A stretch of DNA of 64,000 nucleotides, taken from Octopus sinensis (Eukaryota). The notes under the pieces were generated by a model. The model had not been told where the DNA came from, searched no databases, and saw only the letters and a list, made by a program, of their open reading frames with translations. This document shows positions 12,593 through 24,766 of the stretch, piece by piece. A program made the position numbers and the translations under genes. The DNA is taken from NCBI RefSeq assembly GCF_006345805.1, contig NC_043003.1, positions 806,001 to 870,000 on the forward strand, read 5' to 3'. Every line of letters starts with the position of its first letter. The stretch's first letter is position 1.

Positions 12593-12678
12593 CCTATATA
12601 TATATATATGTGTGTAATATATCTTGATTAATTAGGATGTGTGTGTGTATATACACAAATGTATGTGTGTATACGTAT

Positions 12679-13117
12679 AAAATGCACCATCCGAACGTGG
12701 CCGATGCCAGTGCCGCCTCAACTGGCTTCTGTGCCGGTGACACGTAAAAAGCACCGTTCGAACGTGGCCGATGCCAGCGCCGCCTTGGCTGGCTTCCGTG
12801 CCGGTGGCACGTAAAAAGCACCGTCCGAACGTGGCCGATGCCAGCGCCACCTTGGCTGGCTTCCGTACCAGTGGCACGTTAAAAGCACCAACCGATCGTG
12901 GCCGATGCCAGACACCCCTGGCACCTGTGCTGGTGGCACATAAAAAGCACCCACTACACTCGCGGAGTGGTTGGCGTTAGGAAGGGCATCCAGCTGTAGA
13001 AACACTGCCAGATCAGACTGGAGCCTGGTGCAGCCCCTGGCTTCTCAGACCCTGGTCGAACCGTCCAACCCGTGCTAGCACGGAAGATGGATGTTAAACG
13101 ATGATGATGATGATGAT
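12679..13117 (+). mobile_element. Retroposon 3' part with four tandem 62-67-bp GC-rich units and a (GAT)n tail
   Basis: Units start at 12679, 12746, 12813, 12880 (AAAAAGCACC..CGAACGTGGCCGATGCCAG..GGTGGCACGT), then GGTTGGCGTTAGGAAGGGCATCCAGCTGTAGAAAC and GTTAAACGATGATGATG; related fragments at 2200-2680, 5740-6040, 9350-9560, 24868-24960. Confidence 0.75.
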
Positions 13118-14833
13118 GTGTATATATAGTATACTATAGAGCTTCATGTTTCACAGGATAAAGAAAACGTTATAAGACTTGTGCTAAGCGGTATATACAT
13201 GCATACACATGTTCCTATGTGTGTATATCGTTCTGTTGCCGTTTGACTCCCTTCCACACGGCTTAACAACCAGTGTTGGTGTGTTTACGTCCCTGTAACT
13301 TAGTGGATCAGCAAAAGTGAACGAAAGAACAGGCACTGAGCTGAAAAAGAAAGTAAATAACGGTGGGGGGGGGGGCGATTTTTCCGACTCAACTTCCTCA
13401 AGGTGGTGCTCCAGCATGGCCGTAGTCCAATGACTGACACTAGTAAAAAGGAACACAAACAAACACACACACACACAATCAGAAAAATTGAAATAAGTTT
13501 ACATAATTAAAATTGATTATTTCCTTCAAAATAACAAAGAATGGTGTCACAAGAATTGGTTTCTAGGCTGCTGCTGCTGCTGCTGCTGGTTAAGTGTGAT
13601 GGTGTTAGAGAGTAGTTGAGATCATAGTGGTGGTGGGTGGTGGAGGGTGACGCTGTTGGTGGTGGGGGAGTGTTGCAGTTTGTGGAGGTGGGGAAAGTAA
13701 CAAAGATAGGTGGTGGGGGTGGGTGATGAGGATACCTTGAGGGGAGAGGAGGAGTGTGGTGACAGTGGCAGTGATGATGGGAATGGTGTTGAGAGTGGGG
13801 ACGATGGCGGTGGAGGTGCTGGGGGTGGGGTTGAAGAGGGGAATGTTGGGATGCAGGTAAGGCTGGTGGTGGTGGTGGTGGAGGTATTTGTGGTGATGTG
13901 TTAACTGGAGTGATGTCTAGTCAAACAAAACTTATTTTTTGAAGGCTTGGAACTTTAATTGTCTCTTTTGCTGAATCAAAATGTTACAGGGATGTAAACA
14001 AACCAACACTTGTTGTCAAGTGGCTGGGAGACAAACAAGCACACAGACACACAAATTACATATGTACATGCATATGTATGTCCATATATATATATATATA
14101 TACATGCACACAAACACACACACACAAGACAGGCTTCCACACAGTTTCCATTTACAAAATTTTCTCATAAAGCTTTGGTCTGCCTGGAGCTATAGTAGAA
14201 GACATTTGCCTAAGGTGTCATACAGTGGAACTTGAACCTGAAACCAAGTGGTTGGGAAGCAAACTTCTTACCACACGGCCATACCTGCAAAAGAGGGGGG
14301 CAGGAGTTGCGATGGAACTGAAAGGTTTGCTTTCTGCTTCTACACACCAAATGCTGGCACTGATGGCACTGTCATGGTGGGTTTGTCTTTTCTGTTGTTA
14401 ACATTCCTGTTCAGTCTCAGATCAACCATTGTTGAAGCGAGTCTAGGACATTTAGCCCCACCCCACCCATGGACAATAACCTCCCCAAGGACAACGGATG
14501 ATGATTTAAAACTTCTTAATATATTGGAGAGGGGGTGATTAACCAACAGGTGTAATTGTCCTTGGGGTTGGGTAGTTGTCGTTGGTGGGGATTGTCCTGA
14601 TACGAGTGAAGCAGACCTATGATCAAAGGGGTTACACCAGAGACCCTTCCATTGTTTTTGGCATATTTAGTGGTACATTATTCCAAGTTTGCTGAGTTCT
14701 TTGGAGACAGTAGGGTATGATTTGAGGGAGAATTTAACTGCTATTGTTAGTAAATCAATTAACTATGTACAGACACTTTTGTGTTGGAAGATGTGGTTTA
14801 GATGGAGCTGGAGGCGCTTGGTGATGACAGATA

Positions 14834-14948
14834 GAAATTTCCCCCAAGACACCTGATAAAGGCTGGAGGGTACATCAGCTAAAACGTTGTGTTAACAACA
14901 AACAAGATGAGGACAAATATCCGTCAAATGTAAATAATATGAATAATT
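14834..14948 (+). mobile_element. Family A PLE-derived 3' fragment with degenerate hammerhead (14848-14893)
   Basis: GACAC CTGATAA A GGCTG gagggtacat CAGCT AAAA CG TT GTGTT, followed by the same tail as 10754-10810. Confidence 0.7.
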
Positions 14949-16141
14949 GACTTTTCTTTTCATTCTCTTGGGGTTGATAAAATAAGTACCAGTTGAATGC
15001 TGGGGTTTATGTAACTAACCCAACCCCTCCCTCAAAATTGCTGGCTTTGTGCCAAATTTTGAAATTGTCATCATAGACGGAGCACTAGTAGACTACAGCT
15101 TGTTGGAAAAGGGTCAAAAAAAAGGGACAGGGAGCAGCAAAGAGTCGAATAAAGAAAGACGGGAATGAGTGTGAAAAGGGTAAGGGGACCTGTTTAATGC
15201 TGGAACTGACAGACACACAGACATTATGTATGATGGGGATTCTCTTTGTCTCCCACAGAGAGTAACATGAGCAGCCAACAGTGTGATCAATTGATCAACT
15301 TACTCATTGGATTGGCATACAGTGTGGCTGAGTACTCCACAGACAAGCAGGCAGAATTATACATATGTAGATAGAAAGAATGTGGGAGAAAGTAGAAGAG
15401 AGAGAGAGAGAGACACACACACACACATTAAAATGTCAGACATCAAATAAATCAGAATCGAATCAGCAATGCCAAATAGGTGGCAAGAAAATGACGGTGC
15501 CAAAATGTCTCATACCTTTCTAGAAATACCATCCAGTGGGATCAAACCCAGGGCCTCATCATTGGCAAACATACTTCATAACCACACAGCTATGTCTGCA
15601 TCCACAACTATCTATAATGATTATGCAATTAAACCTTTGTATGAAGTGTTACCACCATGTTCCAGTGATCTGATGAGCTAGCTTTCTTGATCTGCATTGA
15701 TTTGTGAATATACCATGGTACTGTATAATGATGAGCATACATGTAAATGCAAACATGTAGGCATAACGTTTTACACACTGCAGTTAATTCTGTATGAAGA
15801 AGGTTCCGAAACAACTGTAAGCCTATGGAAATCAGTTGGTTATATAAATAAGTATAAATTCAACTCTCAAACCTCATAACTTCATGTTTTTCTATGTGTG
15901 TGTGAGAGAGGGAGTGTGTGAGAGAGAGAGAGAGAGGGAGAGAGAGAGAGAGGGAGGGAGAGAGAGAGAGAGAAAGAGAAGGTGTATGACCAAGTGGACA
16001 GGGTGTTTCACTCACAATCACTAGATCCTGGGTTCACTTTGTTTAGCCAGTGGGGCATCATCATTCAAAAGCTAAAACAACAACGTGAAGTGCATTGTGA
16101 CCAGTGATGTATAACAGCTGACAGTCTTGTCGATATTGTAA

Positions 16142-16177
<36 letters not shown>

Positions 16178-16320
16178 AAAGTAAGCAAGGTGGGTAAAAA
16201 ACAGTACTCAAATACCGGAGGTAGAGTAATAGGCTTTATTATTATCAAAGCTGCAAAAACATCACAAAAATATCAAAAGAAACAGCTACTCAGAGTTTTA
16301 TGGTTTAGATTAGGAATCTA

Positions 16321-16362
16321 AACTGTCTGACAAACAGGAATGGCAAACTCTGAGTAGCAGTT
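16321..16362 (+). ncRNA. Degenerate hammerhead motif within an inverted duplication (16232-16392)
   Basis: AACTGT CTGACAA ACA ggaa TGG CAAA CTC t GAG TA GCAGTT; 6-bp stem I and near-palindromic stem III intact, core positions 8 and 12 mutated. Confidence 0.5.
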
Positions 16363-16426
16363 CCTTGTGATATTTTTCCTGCTTTAATAAAGTGTGTATA
16401 TGTGTGTCTGTGTATATATATTTGTT

Positions 16427-16750
16427 GAGGCACAATGGCCCAGTCGTTAGGGCAGCAGACTCGCAGTCATAGGATTGTGGTTTCGATTCGCAGACCGGGC
16501 GTTGTGAGTGTTTATTGAGCGAAAACACCTAAAAGCCCCACAAGACTCCAGCAGGGGGTGGTGGAGAGCCCTGCTGTATTCTTTCACCACAACTTTCTCT
16601 CACTCTTTCTTCCTGTTTCTGTTGTACCAGTAATTCAAAGGGCCACGTGTCTGTGGAGTGCTCAGCCACTTGCACGTTAATTTCATGAGCAGGCTGTTCC
16701 GTTGATCAGATCAACTGGAACTCTCGTCTTCGTAACCGATAGAATGCCAC
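16427..16750 (+). mobile_element. SINE family R1
   Basis: GAGGCACAATGGCCCAGTCGTTAGGGCAG...GGTTTCGATTCGC head; shared R tail. Confidence 0.85.
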
Positions 16751-16802
16751 AGAATATATGTGTGTGTGTGTGTATTTGTACATATATATATATATATATA
16801 TG

Positions 16803-16845
<43 letters not shown>

Positions 16846-16870
16846 GTATGTATGTATGTATGTATGTATA

Positions 16871-16915
<45 letters not shown>

Positions 16916-16931
16916 TATATATATGTATATG

Positions 16932-16967
<36 letters not shown>

Positions 16968-17659
16968 ATATATATATATGTATGTATGTATATGTATGTA
17001 TGTATATGTATGTATGTGTATATATATATACTTTATTCAAATGCCTAGAATGCACTTTTCATCTATCTTCTTATCTATCTGAGCACATACGAGCAAAGCA
17101 ATCAGTAGTTTTAATTAATTAGTTATTAAGAAGCACAAAGCTAAGTACTTCCTACAACCTATACGCTATATGCATATGCAAATTAATTTCATATTGATTT
17201 GGTTTCTAATAAATTAAAACTGGAGATATAAACATGCATACATATACACACGTGTATATGTAAGTATACACCAACTTATTATGCATCAATACTCCAGGTG
17301 ACCTTTGATTCCAAGATAGACGGGGTTAATATAAAACAATACATTATACTGATGAGATTTTTGTAGTTTTCTCTTAAATACTATTTTTATTCTACTTTTT
17401 TCTTTTTCTTATTAAGTTTTTTGTTTTTGTTGTACATTAAAAAAAATATGGTTCTTGTTGTAGATATTCTTTTACTTGTTTCAGTCTTTTAAATGTGGCC
17501 ATGCTGGAGCACCGCCTTTTAGTCTAACAAATCGACCCCAGGACTTATTCTTTGTAAGCCTAGTAATTATTTTATTGGTCTCCTTTGCCAAACTGCTTAA
17601 GTTACAGGGACGTAAACACACCAACATCGGTTGTCAAGCAAATGGCGGTGGGACACAAC

Positions 17660-18265
17660 ACACACACACACACACACACATAAATGTATATACATCTACT
17701 ACATGTGTAGGAAATTATGTCTGTGGGTGTGTTTGTGGAGTTGTTAGCTAACTCCTACTATATTGCTTTTTTTCAATTTTGATGTCAGGAAGCCTCATGG
17801 CATATTCAGGTTGTTGAAAAAATCGATAATAGGGGCCTGGAAGGGATCCTTATATATATCTAATATATTTTATTTTAAAAACCAAGAGAAATAACCCATT
17901 CGCCTCTGGAAGGAATCCTCATATATATCCAAGGGAAATAACCCATTTGTCCCTGGAAGGGATCCTTATATATAACCAAGGGAAACAACCCATTCATTTT
18001 CCTAAATTATTTAGCAAAAATGAAATTGAGTATGCTTATTTCTTAGTATTTGAACTGTTAGAGTTATTTTCACAATTTATCCAGTACAACCTTTAAACAA
18101 GTAAATAGTATTTTCCTAAACAATAGATCCACTTATTTTGGTTAGTGACTTATTCATGAATATACCAACACTAGCACCGCTGAGGGTAATATTCTCTGGG
18201 AATGCACAAAAGCACAATTATTTCTGTGGGAGGTTTTGGAACATAACACCTGTGATACTCAAGTA

Positions 18266-18309
<44 letters not shown>

Positions 18310-18518
18310 CGAGCTGGCAGAAATGTTAACATGCTGGGTGAAATGCTTAGAGGTATGTTGTCTGTCTTTAAGTTCTGAGTTCAAATTCCGCTGAGGTCAA
18401 CTTTGCCTTTCCTCCTTTCAGAGTCAATAAATTATGTACCAGTTGCATACTGGGGTTGATCTAATCAACTGACACCTTCCCCCAAAATTTTAGGCCTTGT
18501 GCTTAGAGTAGAAAAGTA

Positions 18519-18550
<32 letters not shown>

Positions 18551-19137
18551 TAAATGTATATACATCTACTACATGTGTAGGAAATTATGTCTGTGGGTGT
18601 GTTTGTGGAGTTGTTAGCTAACTCCTACTATATTGCTTTTTTTCAATTTTGATGTCAGGAAGCCTCATGGCATATTCAGGTTGTTGAAAAAAATCGATAA
18701 TAGGGGCCCTGGAAGGGATCCTTATATATATCTAATATATTTTATTTAAAAAACCAAGAGAAATAACCCATTCGCCTCTGGAAGGAATCCTCATATATAT
18801 CCAAGGGAAATAACCCATTTGTCCCTGGAAGGGATCCTTATATATAACCAAGGGAAACAACCCATTCATTTTCCTAAATTATTTAGCAAAAATGAAATTG
18901 AGTATGCTTATTTCTTAGTATTTGAACTGTTAGAGTTATTTTCACAATTTATCCAGTACAACCTTTAAACAAGTAAATAGTATTTTCCTAAACAATAGAT
19001 CCACTTATTTTGGTTAGTGACTTATTCATGAATATACCAACACTAGCACCGCTGAGGGTAATATTCTCTGGGAATGCACAAAAGCACAATTATTTCTGTG
19101 GGAGGTTTTGGAACATAACACCTGTGATACTCAAGTA

Positions 19138-19173
<36 letters not shown>

Positions 19174-19410
19174 CGAGCTGGCAGAAATGTTAACATGCTG
19201 GGTGAAATGCTTAGAGGTATGTTGTCTGTCTTTAAGTTCTGAGTTCAAATTCCGCTGAGGTCAACTTTGCCTTTCCTCCTTTCAGAGTCAATAAATTATG
19301 TACCAGTTGCATACTGGGGTTGATCTAATCAACTGACACCTTCCCCCAAAATTTTAGGCCTTGTGCTTAGAGTAGAAAAGTACACACGTACACACACACA
19401 CACACACACA
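17660..19410. repeat. Tandem duplication of an about 870-bp unit (Tigger-like MITE end + Nin-domain SINE), bounded by (CA)n
   Basis: TAAATGTATATACATCTACT at 17681 and 18551; visible differences are mainly homopolymer or microsatellite lengths; internal 47-bp repeats CTGGAAGG... Confidence 0.9.
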
Positions 19411-19802
19411 CACATACATACATATATATATGTACATACATACATACATGCACGGACAGACACATATGGGTTGTATGTGTGTGTGTGTGTGTGTTTCCCA
19501 CACATCACTGCTTGACAACTAGTGTTGGCTTATTTAGGTCTCCATAACTTAGCAGTTCAACAACAGACACTGACAGAGTAAGTACCAGGCTTTAAAAAAA
19601 AGGAAGAACTGGTGTTGGTTTGCTTCGCTAAAACCCCTTGAAAGACATGGTCCCAGCATGGCTGCAATCCAATGACTGAAGCAAGCAAAAGACAGGGTCT
19701 CAGCTGGAACTGGACTGGCCAGGGGGGGGGGGCGATAAACAACAGCAACAACAACAACCAGGGCAGGAACAGCTGCAACAATAGCTATAACTGTTGAATC
19801 AA

Positions 19803-20050
19803 CAATCATCATCATCATCGTCCTCATCAACGTCATCATTGTCGTTCTAATGTCGTCATCATGTTGTCATCATTGTCTTCATCGTCATCATCGTCTTCGT
19901 CGTCATCATCTTCGTCATCATCATGAGGATGATCATCTTTGTCCTCGTTATCATCATCATCATCATCTTCGTCATCATTATTGTCATCACCATGGTCATC
20001 ATCATCATTGTCGTCATCATCAACAACAACAACAAAAACAGCAACAAGAA
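19803..20050. repeat. (CAT/CGT)n trinucleotide low-complexity tract
   Basis: Direct reading; similar (GGT/GAT)n tracts at 20387-20630, 21730-22010, 44965-45218. Confidence 0.95.
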
Positions 20051-23000
20051 TACTTTTGTCTGATTAATTTTTCGAATTGAATTGTTTGTGTCAATGAAAT
20101 TAGTTTAATTAGGATTGTAAGGTGTAGGGGGGTGGCGGAGTGGGGGGTGGGCAAGGAGTAATATAACGGAAGGAGGGAGGGGGGTAGATAAGTGTAAAGG
20201 GTGGGTGGGGAGGGTGCAGACTAGAAGAGTGGGAGTGAGTGAGGAGGAGGAAGAGGAGGAGGGGGAGTTTGACAGAGAATCATTTAACGAAGAAATGAAG
20301 GAAAGATTTAATGAAGACAAAACAAACAATAAAAAGGAAAAAAAAAAGAAAGAAAGAAGTAAATCAACTTAAAGAAGCCATCTTAATGGTGTGGTGGTGG
20401 TTATGTTAACGATGATGATGGTGATGGTGGTTGTGGTGATGATGGTGGTGATGATGGTGGTGGTTGTGGTGGTGGTAGTGGTGGTGGTGGTTGTAGTGGT
20501 GTTGCTAGTGGTGATGCTTGTGATGATGGTGGCAGTGGTGGCAGTGATGCTAGTGATGATGATAATAATGGTGGTGATGGTGGTGGTGATGGTGGTGGTG
20601 GTTGTGGTGGTGGTGGTGGTGGTGGTGGTTTTTCTGGAATACCATTTTGATGTTTAGTGTTAAAAAATAAAAAATAAAAAAACAGGATTGTTAGAACAAA
20701 CTGAAGAGAATACAGAATACTGCTTTTATCTTCCATCAGTTATTAGACTGCGGCCATGCTGGGGCACCACCTTCAAGAAATTTTTTATCCAATCAACTGA
20801 ACCCAGTATTTATTTCTCTTTCTGAACTGTTGAGTTCTGGGAGGAGTGGGGATGTAAACACACCAACACTGGTTGTCAAGCTGAGATGGACAAACAGACA
20901 CAAAGACACACACACATTATATATATATATATATATAGGATGGGCTTCTTTCAGTTTCCGCCTACCAAATCCACTCAAAAGGCCTTGGTTAGGCCGAGGC
21001 TATCGTAGAAAACACTCACCCAAGATGCCATGAAGTGGGACTGAACCCAGAACCATGTGGTTGGGAAGCAAGCTTTCTACCACACAGCCATGCCTGACCC
21101 TACTAAAGAAAAGAAGGAATGGTGAAATGAAAGAGGGATTAAAGCAATGAGGAAGGAGATAAAAGTGAAAGAGAAGAATAATGAGAATGAAGTGAATGAA
21201 TGGTTAGAGGGAAGGGGTAAGAAATATATGAAGGAAATTGATGAGAAATTGAAAGAAAAAATGAAGAATGAGAAAATGAAAGAAGGAAGAAGAAAAATTG
21301 GATGAAAGAAACAGGGAAAGAAGGAAATAGAAAGATGAATAAATTTGGAAAGGAATGTGAGAGAAATTTAGAATGAAAGAATGTTAGAATGAAAGAAATT
21401 TTGAAAGAGACTTTTTTAATGAATAAAAAAATTTTGAATGAAAAGAGATAAATATGAAAGCAAAATTTAGAATGAATAAAACAAAATAAAAAATAAGAGA
21501 AAAAGAAGGAAAAATGAAGGAGTTTAAGAATGAATAAAATGAAACGGAAATTAGGGGAATGAGGTATAGTGGCTGTCATCTTTTACTGAGGTAGTCTAGT
21601 CTAATTGGGGAAGATTTGAATCAGGAAGGAAATATGATTTTAGAAAAATACGGTCACGAGTTGAAAGGAAATCGACTGAGGTGGAACTAATGTGATTGTA
21701 GATATGGTATCTGACATCATAGCTGGCTTTCTTCATCATCACTAGCACCAGCATCCTCATCACCACCATCATCATCATTGTCTATACTACCATCCACATC
21801 GCCATTGTCATCGTTATCACATTCATCATCGTTTTCATTATCACCATCACACCACACTGTCATCATCGTCATCACCGACATCATCATCATCATCATCATC
21901 GTCATTGCCATAATCATCATTGTTGTCCATCACCATCACTGCCATTGTCATCATCATCATCATCATCATCATCATCACAATACGATCATTATTGTTATCA
22001 TTACCATTTCATTATTCTAAGATTACTGAAACATGACACGGGTGAGGGGGGAGGGACTACCTATTAGTAATCATTTTTAATTACCACAATTGGTTTTTTT
22101 ATTTTGTTTTTATGTTTTGACATGAAAATAGTCAATATCTTCTAGTATGTGTGTAAATGTGTAAATCACTATGTATCTACATGTGTGTTTATACATGGCT
22201 GTGTGTGTGTGTATGGGAGGGGGGAAGTGGGTGCATGTACGCATGAATGAACATGAGTAAATGGGGGGGAGGGGTATAAGTATGTATATGTGAGAGTGTG
22301 TGTATACAAGTGTATATAATCAATCACCGAGCGATGGGAGAGCAGTGAGCTGCTATTGCTACTACTGTTGCTGTTTAGTAAATAAACATTTACATACATT
22401 GAAGATATTGATGAGAGGGAGAGAGAGATTGAGAGAGAGAGGGAGTGAAAGAGAGAGAGTGAAAGAGAGTGATAGAAAAAGAGAGAAAGACGGACGGAGT
22501 TAGTATGTGTGTGTGTTTGAGGTGTGTGTGCATGTGCATGAGAGGTGTGTGTGTGTGATGTGTGAATGAGGTGTGTGTGTGAGAGACAGAGAGAGTGCAT
22601 GTGTGTGTGTTTAGCCCATCCCACTGCTTGACAACCGATATTGGTTTGTTTACATCCCTTTAACTTAGCAGTTTAGCAAGAGAGGCCAATAGAATGATTA
22701 TCAACTGGAACCTCTGTCATCATGGCTGATAGAATGTCAGTTTGTCTGCCAGAAGCAGAAAAAAATATTGGAAAGAAATAGGAAAGAAGGGGAAGAAGAG
22801 GAGGAAGAGGAGAGCAGACAATTGAGAAGAGTTGAAATATTGCTCTCCCATCCCAGGATAATTCAAAGGCAAAACTCGTGAATGAAAAACACGACAATAT
22901 TTAATTTAATCTAGAGAAGTCACGAAAGTTTAATCTAGAATTGTCCTAATTATTGTTCTTATCAGCTTTTGTTGTTATTGTTGTTGTTGGTGTAATTATT

Positions 23001-23209
23001 TTTTTTTAGCTTTGTTATTATAGTTTGTTTTTTTTATATTGTTAAAATTTCGGTTTTAGGCATGGCTGTGTGGTTAAGGAGCTTGCTTCATGACCACTTT
23101 GGGTTCACTCCCACAGCAGGGCACTTTCAGCAAATGTATTCGACTATAGCCCCAGGCTGACGAATGCTTTGTGAGACTGTTTTATAGACAGAAACTGTGT
23201 AGAAGCCCA

Positions 23210-23250
<41 letters not shown>

Positions 23251-23284
23251 GCAGTCACCATGATTGACTGCTAATCCCTATTTC

Positions 23285-23490
23285 TTTACTACCCACAAGA
23301 GGCTAAACACAGAGAGGACAAACGGATTAAGTCGATTATTTCAACCCCAGTGTGTAACTGGTACTTATTTAATCGACCCCGAAAGGATGAAAGGCAAAGT
23401 CGACCTCGGAGGAATTTGAACTCAGAATGTAGTGGCAAACGAAATACTGCTAAGCATTTTGCCCGGCGTGCTAACATTTCTGCCAGGTTG
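23285..23490 (-). mobile_element. SINE family N (Nin-domain-like)
   Basis: Minus strand ...GAGTTCAAATTCC..GAGGTCGACTTTGCCTTTCATCCTTTCGGGGTCGATTAAATAAGTACCAG; other copies at about 14955-15065, 18308-18515, 19172-19380, 33150-33560, 44060-44258, 45855-46300, 48797-49022, 53570-53760, 62658-62810. Confidence 0.8.
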
Positions 23491-23545
23491 CGGCCTGCTA
23501 ATTCCACAAGTTTTTTTATTCTCTCTCTGTTTATTTCCTCGTGTT

Positions 23546-23583
23546 CCTTTCTGCTGAGGAGTGTAGGCTCGAAACGTAAAAGA
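23546..23583 (+). ncRNA. Minimal hammerhead motif, family B (non-A at core position 6)
   Basis: CCTTT CTGCTGA G GAGT gtag GCTC GAAA CG TA AAAGA; copies at 5557, 25568-25604, 63148-63176 (5'-truncated) and about 23965-24062 (minus, truncated). Confidence 0.6.
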
Positions 23584-23712
23584 CTTGCTCACCTTCTCGA
23601 GTGTTAAACTAATACACCTGCTTGTTGTTTATACACCTGTCTTCGTCTTTTGGTTCTCAACTATATATATATATATATATATATATTATATTATATATAT
23701 ATTATATATACA

Positions 23713-23933
23713 CAGGGTTGGTCAAAAGTCACCTGACAGTAAATCAAAACCATTTAATTCCAAGATTAAAACAAAAAATTATTTTATATGAGACAAATAT
23801 TGAAAACAAATGGTAATTTTAAACCACAGCATTCAATTATTAAACATTCATAATTGGAAATGAATAAATAAAATTGAATATTAAGTATTTATGGAATTTT
23901 GATTTACTGTCGGGTGACTTTTGGCTAACCCTG
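23713..23933. mobile_element. Tc1/mariner-like MITE
   Basis: TIRs CAGGGTTGGTCAAAAGTCACCTGACAGTAAATCAAAA / TTTTGATTTACTGTCGGGTGACTTTTGGCTAACCCTG, inserted in a TA/CA microsatellite. Confidence 0.8.
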
Positions 23934-24265
23934 TGTGTGTGTTTATATATATATATATATATAGTTCAAATTTGTACAAAAACAAAGACAGGTGTAGTAA
24001 CAAGTAAGTGTATTAGTTTGACGCTCAGGATAAATGGAAAAAGTCTTTTACGTTTTGAGCCAAAATGTGTTGTGTCCAACATATATATATATATATAGAT
24101 ATATATATATATGGGTGTGTGTGATTGTGTATAGAAGAATATATTAATAAAAGGAATTCCAACCTTGTCTGATTTTCACGTTTATTTACAATCTTATAAT
24201 GATATAAGATAATATAATATAATAAAATAAAATAAAATAATAGAATGTTAAATGTTCATTCTGAT

Positions 24266-24310
24266 TGAACTAGTACTTTCATGCATTAAATTCTGCAATC
24301 TTCAGGTTCA
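24266..24310 (-). ncRNA. Minimal type-I hammerhead ribozyme motif with intact core
   Basis: Minus strand TGAAC CTGAAGA T TGCA gaatttaa TGCA T GAAA GTAC TA GTTCA; perfect stems I and II, palindromic AGUACU stem III. Confidence 0.8.
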
Positions 24311-24344
24311 TGTAGTAGTGGTGACAGTCATGCTTCACAATTTT

Positions 24345-24396
<52 letters not shown>

Positions 24397-24470
24397 TCGC
24401 GGGCTGTGATGAGTACTTGATAATTATAAGCACCTGTGTATACCGTTTGGTGGTGTAGGTGGTGGAGTAA

Positions 24471-24766
24471 ATTGATCAAAATAAAAACATGATGCCAAGG
24501 ATTCAGCGGTACATATGTTCGGGCCTTTATTAGAAGTTATAACAATGCCTATGTATGTCTGTGGCCTTCTTCAGCGCGCACAACAGCTTCCACAAGGACA
24601 TGTGTTACATCAAAAAGTACTTGTGTACACATGTCCTTGTGGAAGCTGTTGTGCGCAGCTGAAGAAGGCCACAGACATACATTATGCATTGTATAAATCT
24701 GTCTAATAAAGGCCCGAAACATATGTACCGCTGAATCCTTGGCATCATGTTTTTATTTTGATCAAT
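24471..24766. mobile_element. About 296-bp palindrome of two inverted PLE-type ends, each with a family D hammerhead-like motif
   Basis: Arms 24471-24605 and 24627-24766, 21-nt spacer; plus-arm motif GTGCG cag CTGAAGA AGGCC...GGCCC GAAA CA TA TGTAC (24651-24728); third copy 29063-29180. Confidence 0.75.

Noticed and set aside
12679-12951. CRISPR-like periodic array
   Set aside because: Whole units repeat with no unique spacers, no cas genes, eukaryotic context.
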